NCBI GenBank assembly: GCA_051294375.1
Contig: CM119266.1
Coordinates: 13,642,735-13,706,734, forward strand
DNA from: Paraspadella gotoi
Lineage: Eukaryota; Animalia; Chaetognatha
Reading direction: 5' to 3'
Length of the DNA stretch: 64,000 nucleotides
Below, one piece after another: positions 39,601-49,900 of this stretch (positions are counted from its first letter, which is position 1; each line of letters begins with the position of its first letter). A program made the position numbers and the translations under genes. Under the pieces are notes generated by a model. That model made no database searches. It was given only the letters and a program-made list of their open reading frames with translations, and was not told where the DNA came from.

Positions 39601-42600
39601 ATCCTGAAAAAAAAATAAAAAAAACGCCATTTTTTTTCCTTGTGAATCGGTTAACACGTCGTTTGTTTGCTTCGGAAATCCAAAAAAAGGAATTTAAATT
39701 CGCCCATATTTCATTCTTTACTTTTTAAGCCATAAATTTTTTTCCCTTTCTTTTTGTTCTCTATTTAGTAATACGCGCGGTCTTCTCTTTCTCCGATAAT
39801 TTTTTTTTAATTCGGTTATCTGTTGCCGCTGTAATGACATTTCTTTTTAAAGTAAAAAAAAATATAAACCATCGAAAATTTCAATTTCAAAAAATTTTCT
39901 CGATGGCATTTTTTTTCTGCCGCTTGCATTTCGTATACTTTACAATATATACATAAATAGTAGTGGTTGTGCATTATCGTGTTCCCATGTTACAATTGGC
40001 ATCTAGGGCCATGACAAAATTTTTAACAAAATCGTAGATATGTCATTTTCAACTAATTATGACAACTGTGCTGTTATTCTTCACCTCCAAATTATTTTTC
40101 CATATTATTCATATAATATAGTATTTCTTGTCTTTTCATGTTGCGGATTAGAGTTAAAAATCGTCAAAAAAGTATCTATCTCAGAAAAAGTAATTGCTTT
40201 TCTCCGTCATTTCGTGCGTTTATTCGTTTGGGTCGATGTCAATCGAAAACTCGGCCTGCAATAATCAATCGCAGACAGACAGACAGACAGATAGACAGAC
40301 AGACAGACAGACGACAGACAGGGTACTCCTCGAGCATTCACAGACCTAATCATCTCTTGCAAATTGCGATGCAATGCAATGCATGCTCAGTCAAACAGAC
40401 CAACCACAAACGGTTCGCCACAGAATACGACTGCATTCCCATGTAAATCGAAACGAAGGCTCCCGTAAAAGAGCGCCATCTTGCGCCACTGTCCGTCTGC
40501 GCGACGAGCCGATGGACCGGAGAATGGGAGTCTTATCGCCTTGCGTTCTTCGTCCATATTACTTTTGGCCCTCGGGGCGTGAAGTGTAATTTTGGTCCGG
40601 AAAGGGAAGATAACGTCGTTGGCTTTATCACTAACTTGGCGGTGGCAACGGAATAAAAAATAGCGCCTCCTCTGCATTCCTGATTAAGAGAGACTTCAGG
40701 TGTGTTGTTGTGGCTCATCTCGCTTCCTTGCTTCCTTTTTCTCGCCTCTGTCTCGTCTCATCTCTCTCTCTCTCGCTCTCTCTCTCTTCTCTTTCCACTC
40801 TTCTCCCGTTATGTTGCCTCTCAGTATATCAAAGCCGAAGGAACCTACCTTCTAATATATTTTTTTTTTGGTTTTTGCTAAAAACTTTTTTTTTATTTAA
40901 ATTTAGCAACGAAGGAGTCGATGGGAAAAAAAGCTTGTTAATCTTGGCGAGGATAATTAATTAAGGCGGGTAGAGAGATGAGTTGGGGCTTTTTTTTTTT
41001 AATCATATGCGATGTGTTGACTTTACTTCGAATTAATTTTTTTTCAGTATTGTTACTTATCTTTTTATGTTCATATCGGGACCGTATTAATCTTCGTTGA
41101 TGGAAGGAGCTGCCAAGATAACTTTTTCACTACCTCGTAAATAAGTGAAGAACGCTGGTGCAAATAAAGTTTTAAAAGTACGATAAATAAAATTTTTTTT
41201 AGGAGTTTTTATATTATGTAATTATAAACGGCTTACAAAATGCCTTGTAATTTTATTAGTTTTTGGCGGGGGCCAGTTAAATTGCCGATTTATAAATATT
41301 ATAATAGTTAATTCATTTTAACGCTCGCGAGAATCGACGGTCAGTCCGAACCTGTCCTGACCCAAAAATAAACGCACGGTCGGGGTCTCAGCCTCGTTTT
41401 GATATCGACCTCTGCCCCCGCAGAAATAACGAATAAAGAAAGAATGAATATTGAGAAAGGAAGGCGAAGAAAGTAGAACAAAGAGATTTAGAATCGCTTC
41501 CGCCGCCTCGGACGTTGAGTATTTCAATGGAAAAAAATCAGGTTGATATTTAACGCAGTGGATACTATGGTGGACTAAAATCCACCAACCGTTCATCAGC
41601 GGCCATTGGTGCCGGAGGCAAGTCATTCGCCTCCCAACCCAGAGGTCCGGGGTTCTAGCCCAGTGGTCGTCTAGCAGTTAAGAGGGACGTGGCGCTTAAC
41701 CCATCTGTAACTCGGTGTTACAGCCTGATCCGAACCTCAAGGACTGCTTATATTGAACGGTTCTGTCACTAAAATATAACAATTATCACTGTCTCTTCAA
41801 TACTACGACCGGTGGAACGGTAGACCGAGGGCCAATAAAACGAAGTCGACGCGCGTAGAAATAAAGTTGAAGACGATCGAGTTTCAAGAAATCTTCGACT
41901 TTTGGTTTTCAAGGGCAAAGGTGGTTTTTTTTTCGACCATTATAGAGGATAATGACGTGTGAGTATGAAGAGAAGGATGTAGATCGTTGTTATTGTTGTC
42001 ATAGTTTAACGGCGTTATTTCTTATCACTTCTTCGATGAGGTGAGATGAAAATGAGGGACATCGATCTTATCACGAGGACATCGGAGAATCTTTCGATAC
42101 TCAGATTTACTTGTTTGAGAAAACATAGTCTAGATAAATGAATTTAAATATTTCTACCCTTTCACTCCTTCCCTTCCAAAAGCTCAGGTACTCAGGTAGT
42201 TTATCCCCTTGCCAGCCCTGCCTCCCTTAAAGCCAAAACGCCGCGTGGCAAATAAAAAAAAGGATGCGAATCGTCGTGAAGCAGCAATTACAAAAACGAG
42301 CGAAGCGCGGGATTTCCCTGAGCCGAAATGGGTCGAGATCCTTCGCCAAATTGCGAGGGGGGAAGAGAAGAGAAAAGAGGGGGGGGATGGTGGAGGCGAA
42401 AGACATCTCGGGCGGGAAGGCGTTACGGATGCAACGCGCCAATTTGCCAGAGACATTGGCCAGCGCCGATGACGAGGGGGAGGGCGGGGGCGACGGCTCG
42501 TTAGTCCAGGAAGGTAATGGCCAGAATGAAATAAAATCGGAAATGTACTCGGGGGTCTATCAGGCGAAGGATTTCCGGAATGTGCAAGTCGTTAAGTATC

Positions 42601-43079
42601 GATGGCTATTGATCGGGAATCGCCAAAAAATTTAGAGGCGTAGAGTAATTGAGCCGAATTGAATTGAAATGAATTTAATTGAAAATGAATAAAATGCGTT
42701 TTGTGTTACGTTTAAGTTTAAAAAGTAAACAAAAACTAAATTAAATAGAAATTTTTTTATTAAATATAAATGTACAGTGTGGATGTTATAACAATTCGTT
42801 TTATTTAGTGCCAAAAGTAACGTCCCCGTAACCTTTTGCGCGTAAGTGTGAGGAAAAATAAAAAAATAGAAGAAAAAAAAAGAATTAAAAAAAGAGGCAG
42901 ATGTTTGGAACTTCATTTCTACGCCGTAATTTAGAGAAGGAAAACGCAATAAAAATACGAGGATAAAATACGAATTATACGACGGGGAGAAAAAAAAAAT
43001 AATCGGAGAAACGATGATAATTTTATGTAAACTCGATTTTGAATTCCGAAATTAAAAGCGGAAATGGGAAAAAAAATTG
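36630..43079. repeat. Redundant block U+V+ / S- / T- following a 25-N gap
   Basis: Every part matches sequence already present at 23971-36604. Confidence 0.9.
41599..41670 (+). pseudogene. 72-nt tRNA-like sequence with CCC at the anticodon position; likely tRNA-derived SINE head
   Basis: Acceptor stem GCGGCCA/TGGTCGT pairs with 2 G:U. A-box-like TGGTGCCGGAGG and B-box-like GGTTCTAGCCC are present, and TCGCCTCCCA resembles tRNA-Gly(CCC). The anticodon stem does not pair, so it is not a functional tRNA. Confidence 0.6.
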
Positions 43080-43939
43080 NNNNNNNNNNNNNNNNNNNNN
43101 NNNNNNNNNNNNNNNNNNNNNNNNNNNNNNNNNNNNNNNNNNNNNNNNNNNNNNNNNNNNNNNNNNNNNNNNNNNNNNNNNNNNNNNNNNNNNNNNNNNN
43201 NNNNNNNNNNNNNNNNNNNNNNNNNNNNNNNNNNNNNNNNNNNNNNNNNNNNNNNNNNNNNNNNNNNNNNNNNNNNNNNNNNNNNNNNNNNNNNNNNNNN
43301 NNNNNNNNNNNNNNNNNNNNNNNNNNNNNNNNNNNNNNNNNNNNNNNNNNNNNNNNNNNNNNNNNNNNNNNNNNNNNNNNNNNNNNNNNNNNNNNNNNNN
43401 NNNNNNNNNNNNNNNNNNNNNNNNNNNNNNNNNNNNNNNNNNNNNNNNNNNNNNNNNNNNNNNNNNNNNNNNNNNNNNNNNNNNNNNNNNNNNNNNNNNN
43501 NNNNNNNNNNNNNNNNNNNNNNNNNNNNNNNNNNNNNNNNNNNNNNNNNNNNNNNNNNNNNNNNNNNNNNNNNNNNNNNNNNNNNNNNNNNNNNNNNNNN
43601 NNNNNNNNNNNNNNNNNNNNNNNNNNNNNNNNNNNNNNNNNNNNNNNNNNNNNNNNNNNNNNNNNNNNNNNNNNNNNNNNNNNNNNNNNNNNNNNNNNNN
43701 NNNNNNNNNNNNNNNNNNNNNNNNNNNNNNNNNNNNNNNNNNNNNNNNNNNNNNNNNNNNNNNNNNNNNNNNNNNNNNNNNNNNNNNNNNNNNNNNNNNN
43801 NNNNNNNNNNNNNNNNNNNNNNNNNNNNNNNNNNNNNNNNNNNNNNNNNNNNNNNNNNNNNNNNNNNNNNNNNNNNNNNNNNNNNNNNNNNNNNNNNNNN
43901 NNNNNNNNNNNNNNNNNNNNNNNNNNNNNNNNNNNNNNN
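43080..43939. other. Largest assembly gap (others: 8050-8264, 8656-8665, 8992-9161, 23793-23970, 44189-44377, 49444-49613, 51092-51757)
   Basis: N-runs. Confidence 0.99.
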
Positions 43940-45291
43940 TATTTCGCACAAAAGCCAATTGTTTGTTTGTTTTTCTTTTCGAGGTTAAAAATGCGGAGGT
44001 CCACCGGCCCTCTAGCGGGGTTGGAGAGTGGCTGACCCTTGGGGTTAAAAAGGGGGAAGGGGAGAGAAACAAAATTGGATTCTACATACAGGGTAAGAAG
44101 TGGGAGAGTGATTGGGAGCCTATAGTAAAAAAATAAAAAGAAGAAAGTTCTTGTATGATAAATCAGAAAAATTTACAAATGAATCAACNNNNNNNNNNNN
44201 NNNNNNNNNNNNNNNNNNNNNNNNNNNNNNNNNNNNNNNNNNNNNNNNNNNNNNNNNNNNNNNNNNNNNNNNNNNNNNNNNNNNNNNNNNNNNNNNNNNN
44301 NNNNNNNNNNNNNNNNNNNNNNNNNNNNNNNNNNNNNNNNNNNNNNNNNNNNNNNNNNNNNNNNNNNNNNNNNNNNNATGAAAAAGAGAGCAGAACGCAA
44401 AAGTCGATCTCGTCGTCGCCAAACTTTTCGCTCCTCGGCTCCCGGGGCCACCGACGCCGCAGCCACAGCCGCAGCCGCAGCCGCAGCCGCAGCCGCAGCC
44501 GCTCTCTTCCGGATGTTTACGGCGTCGCTGTTTTTGTTTTGGCCTCTCGCTATTGTTGTTGTTGGGCTTAATATTTTCGTGGAGAGTGGATCCCGCCCTC
44601 GGCTGTTATTGTTGTTGGTTGGAGTCATCGTCATCGTCATTGTCGTCGTCATTCAATTCTTTCGCTTCTCCGGTTTTTAGTGCGAACATAAAAAAATAAA
44701 CGAAAAACCTTCCAGTATAGTAATATTATGAATGAATGAATGAATTAAAAAATGAATGAATTATTATGAATAATAAATTATCATGAATTATTATTTTGAA
44801 ACTTTTTTAAGAAAAGAAAAAATTAACTTTTTTATTAAATTCATTTATATTAAATTAATAATTATCTTTTCTGCTAAGAACTACTTTTCCATTAATCGTT
44901 ATTTTCGTTTAAATCACTAAAATAAACCAAATTATGTAAGAATGACGAAATAGGAAATTTAATGAGGTGAGAAACGAAATAAAAATGATTAGAGATAAGA
45001 AAGATGAATGAAAAAAAAAAACCAAAAGAAAAACAAAAAAAAAAAACAAAAAAAAATAAAAAAAATAAACGTGGGAAAAATAATTTACGAAAAAAATGAA
45101 AATGAAAATAGAAAAGGAGAAGAAAAGGAGAAATAAAAAAAAATAATAAAGAGAAAAAAAGAAAAGGAGGAAAAACGGGAGAAACATGACATCTTGTCAC
45201 GTGGGAGACTGGGCGTGACGCGATGGACCGATGGACTGGCCTGGACGACGGAACCGGGACCGGAGAGAGAGGATTCAAGGATTACTGTGTC

Positions 45292-45352
<61 letters not shown>

Positions 45353-45409
45353 TGGTGTGTAATGGAGGGATGGATGGAAGAAGGGGAGATATTACGCGGG
45401 CCAATTCAT

Positions 45410-45536
45410 ATTAATATTTTATATTTTATATTATTTATTTTATTATTTATTTTATATTTTATATTTTATATTTTATATTAATATTTTATATTTTATATTA
45501 ATATTTTATATTTTATATTAATATTTTATATTTTAT
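45410..45536. repeat. AT-only tandem (TTTTATA / TTAATATTTTATA-like) inside the element
   Basis: Seen directly in the sequence. Confidence 0.9.
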
Positions 45537-45854
45537 CAAGGCCGCCGTGGGGCGTAGTTGCGGTGAACTTATAGTTAGCTTCCCTGAAACTGCGCGAAGT
45601 TTGACAGTTTAAACTGCAATGAATTGGCCCGCGTAATATCTCCAAGTATGACGCCGTCCAATAAGGCGCAGTTTGAAAATAGAAAAAGAAAAAGAGAAAG
45701 GTAGACAGAGAGAGAGAGAGATAAAATAAAATAGAGGGTTTAGGAATGAATCTAAATGCAAATAAATTATTTATTTTTAAATTAGGATCAATTAAAATAT
45801 TTTTATAACAAGGACTCCCCATGATGAACAGATCTAGTGATTTGTGGCGGGGAT

Positions 45855-45966
45855 AGGGCTTCAAACGTTAATCCCCATCAAAAATATTGGCGGGGATTCC
45901 CCGCAATGGATAAGGCAGAGGGCTTCAAACAGTGATCCCCGTAAAAAATAGTGGCGGGGATTCCCC
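45855..45966 (+). repeat. Two ~64-bp tandem units inside the element, each with an ATCCCC..GGGGAT hairpin
   Basis: AGGGCTTCAAAC...GGCGGGGATTCCCC starts at 45855 and again at 45919. Confidence 0.85.
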
Positions 45967-46489
45967 AAAACAGAGGAAAAAAAGACAGTTTTCGTGAACA
46001 GAAAGAGGGCGCAGTTCAAACTGTCCCCTTATAGGCAGTTCAAACTGCGCCTTATTGGACGGCGTCATACTTGAAGAAGGGAGGTAAAAAGAAAAAATGA
46101 AGGAAGGAAGAACGTAATAAAGGGACAAGGGATTATTCGAGAGAATGATGAAGACCATGACGGAAGATGGCGCTTTAAAGTTTGGGTGCCAATTGATTTC
46201 CGAGTAGAGTGAACACAAATCGAATTAATGAGTTTAAAATAGAGGAGAGGCAATCTCAGACAGGAGTGCTAGGAACAAAACATCGAAGCGGCCTTTTAAT
46301 TCAGGATTTCGTGAAGGGATGGTTGTGGCGTGAGATAAAAGGAAAGGAAAGAGGGCGTCGAAAAAAGGACAAATTAAGTGACGCTGTGACAAAATGGCGG
46401 AGAGATTCTATGGAAAGTGACGAGTCGAAGCGCGAGGAAATACAGAGTGCGAATTGAGAGAAGGGGAGAGAAGGAGAAATGATGAAATG

Positions 46490-46492
<3 letters not shown>

Positions 46493-46579
<87 letters not shown>

Positions 46580-46789
46580 CTCTCTCCTCGGTAGTGAATC
46601 TGAAAGGAAAGCGAATCACAAAAGGTTTGGAAGGGGATTATAGGAAAACCATTGAGAGATTGTGTGAAAATAATTAGGTAAATGATAGACAAGAGGATTC
46701 CCGCGAGGTTAACACCAGATGAGATCTGGGGAATCAGTAAAACTGAAAAGGAGCGAGATAAAAAAAGGGGGGGAAGAGAGAGAGAGAGA

Positions 46790-46859
<70 letters not shown>
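46493..46859. repeat. (CT)n at 46493-46585 and (GA)n at 46775-46859
   Basis: Seen directly in the sequence. Confidence 0.95.
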
Positions 46860-46862
<3 letters not shown>

Positions 46863-47363
46863 ATTCAGCCTGAGAGAGTAGGAAAGACACTGGGGGTAGA
46901 ATGAACTGATAATATTTGAGATTGACTTTTTGTCTTCATTAAAGTCGCCTTTAAAGACTTTTCCGTCGTTTGTGACTAAATTCGATTTGGACGATGCATC
47001 CGCATCTGCGATCGCCACCTGCGTACAGATGGCAGCTGTGAGAAAACGGAAACTTTATCTAATTGGTCGTTGTGATGGCACAATCTAAAAAAATAAAATT
47101 TCTCTCTGTCTCTTTTTATCTACTCTCTCTCTCTCTCTGTGCCTCTCATTGTCTTTCTGTCTCTGTCTCTTGCTTTCTCTCTCTCTCTCGTTTTTTTTCC
47201 TTCTTTCACTCTCAAACTCAAGGTTAATGTTCCAGATTTGAATAATTATTGGGTCGTCGACGGTCTGTATGCTTTGGCGGAACCTGTGAAATTGCCTTTT
47301 TGATGTTTGGCAAGAAGAAAAAATTCCGGAAATTTTATTACCGAGGTTTTTTGTGTTTCTTTC

Positions 47364-47412
<49 letters not shown>

Positions 47413-47629
47413 CTTCTCTCTTCTCTCCTCCTCTCTCTCTGCGTCTCATCTTCCATCTCTTCATTCATCTTCGCTCTCTTTTTTTAAAAATTTCTATATC
47501 GAATTCTATTTCTTTCTTCTTTTCTATTTTGACTTATATTTCTTTCTTTCTTTTCTTCTTTCTTTTTTCTTTCTTACTTTCTTTCTTCTTTCTTTCTTTC
47601 TTTCTTTCTTTCTTCTTTCTTCGTCTTTC

Positions 47630-47660
<31 letters not shown>

Positions 47661-47951
47661 CCTCCAAAAATCGAGTTGGTATCACATCAAGCGCAAGCTC
47701 ACGTGAGAAATTCCCATCGCATGGTCGTTGCTTTCATCAAATCGAGACTTTTGCGATACCGGAATTTCCAGTTGGCGCGAATTTCGACGGAAACGACTCT
47801 GTAAACACCTTCGCTCCACGTCGAAGCCTCTGACGCCGAGCATCGCTTTCAATTAGCCTCGCGCTCTGACGAACAAAATCGGGGGAGGGAAAGAGGGAGG
47901 GGGAGGGGGAGGTAGTTAGACAGAAAGAAAGAAAGAAAAAGGACAGAAAAA

Positions 47952-47983
<32 letters not shown>

Positions 47984-48759
47984 AAAAGAGAAAAAGAAAG
48001 AAAGAAAGAATGATTAAAAAAAGAAAGAAAGATATATAGAAAGAGAGTGGCAACGGTGCGACGGTGTTCATCGTCGTCGACTTCGGCTTCGGCGCCATCG
48101 GAGCGTAAAGTATCTTCGAACCACCTGGGATCAACTCGATGTTTGGAAGCGAATGAAAAGGGTGGACGGAAGATTGGCGACTGGCGAGTGTGGAATCAAA
48201 GGGGGCAAGGGTTGTGAGGAGAAGAAAAAGAGAAGCGAAAAGTCGTTGGAGTGGAAACGAGGAAGTGCGGGAGGCAGACATTGGCGCGATGCGAGAGCGA
48301 GACTTTTTTTAGTTTGTTTGTTTGTTCGATCGAACGAACAGAATTTCGGTCTGATTCTGTTCTATGCGAACGAACAAATTCGGTTCAGTCTCAACGAACA
48401 GAATTTCCGTCAAATTCTGTTCGTTCTCCTTCATCCGCTCTCAACGATTCTCCCGCCTTTCTCCACCTTTCCCGCGCCATCAGATTCAGACTGGGTTCAG
48501 TTCAGCCCGTGCGGAATAGCAATACCCTTAACGTCGCCGTTTGTCGCCTCCTCTGGCGGCCACAAAAGGCATCTCAGTTCGCGTCGCCGATTCTTTCGCT
48601 CAACCTCTCCTTGTGGCGCAAAGTTCATTCGTCCTCTCGAAGTCGCTCGGCATCGAGAATCCAGGGCTCGAGTTTCGACCCAGTTTCTTTTTCGGGGAAG
48701 GAGGGGGTTGGGGGTGTGACGCACGCAGAAACTCACGCGCGTTACATTAGTGAGTCTTT

Positions 48760-49900
48760 GGTCTCGCGCGCATGCGCAGAGCCGAACGCCGAGAGGCTTG
48801 TGTTACGTCGTTATCGTCACGTCAAACGGCGACCGTGACGTTTTCTAATTACCGCCGGTTTTTTTTTCTCTCTCCTTCGTTTTCCACTTCCGGTCGTTTG
48901 CGGCGGGAAAATTCGGTCCGGTCGTGATTACGCCGACCTGGGGGAAAAACGAGACGACGAACCGAAGTACCGAAGACCGACGACACCGACGGGCGACGGC
49001 GACGGCGAAACGGCGACGGCGACGGCGACCGGCGGCGAGCGCGGCGACGATAACGATGACGACGATATAACGCGATGTGCGAGTAAGTAAAGACGCGGAG
49101 ATGGCGACAAAAAAAAAATTGTTTATAAAGAGGAGAAGACGAAAATTACGACGATATGAATATCCGAATGAGGAAGACGACAATATCGACCGTGACGAGA
49201 AATAAAGCGAAAATGGCGACAAGCGTTGGGGACGACGACGACGACGAAAATGACGATCGTGACGCGAAAAAGCGATTAAAGGAAGGAAGGAAGGAAGTGA
49301 GCTTCGATGAAGAAGAAAGGAAAGAGAAAGGATTATGTACTACATGCCGGGGAAATCGATAAAAGGAATAAAATAGCCACGGGAGAATGGTGAAGGAAAG
49401 ATGAAAGGAACAGAAGTAGCAAAGACCAAAAAAAAAAAAAAAANNNNNNNNNNNNNNNNNNNNNNNNNNNNNNNNNNNNNNNNNNNNNNNNNNNNNNNNN
49501 NNNNNNNNNNNNNNNNNNNNNNNNNNNNNNNNNNNNNNNNNNNNNNNNNNNNNNNNNNNNNNNNNNNNNNNNNNNNNNNNNNNNNNNNNNNNNNNNNNNN
49601 NNNNNNNNNNNNNAAAAAAAAAAAAGAAAGGAGAAAATTATGAGGTTTTTATACGTCGCCCCGACGTCGACTCGAATTAAGCGCGGGACGCGACGCCGCC
49701 GGGCGCGCAAAAAAGAGCGCCGCGTCGCCGGCGAAAACGGCCTCGACTGCGACGCCGCTAACGGGCGCGCCGCACCCAAGGCTGTTGTCGCCGCGAGCGA
49801 CGTCGTTACTTTCGCATCGTTGGGCACCGAGTGGATACGTCGAAAGTGGGGGGGGGGTAACCCGAGGGGAGGGCGCTGGAGACGAGCTTTGCCCGGAAGT
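48760..49900. promoter_or_regulatory. CpG-rich promoter-like region with NRF1/Ewg, ETS and YY1-type motifs
   Basis: CGCGCATGCGCA at 48767-48778, ACTTCCGG at 48886-48893, AAAATGGCG at 49210-49218, CCGGAAGT at 49893-49900. No linked gene identified. Confidence 0.3.

Larger units (their letters stand above)
45386..46073. mobile_element. 688-bp non-autonomous double-foldback element flanked by an AAGAAGGG direct repeat
   Basis: Perfect 24-bp inverted repeat at 45386-45409 / 45619-45642. Perfect 35-bp inverted repeat at 45643-45677 / 46039-46073. AAGAAGGG at 45378-45385 and 46074-46081. Confidence 0.8.

Noticed and set aside
42931-44136. ORFs of 300-365 aa (also at 50934-51823)
   Set aside because: Translations of N-gaps.
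46880-48200. Exon-like stretches between microsatellites
   Set aside because: Hand translation gave short frames with no recognisable protein similarity and no consistent splice pairs.
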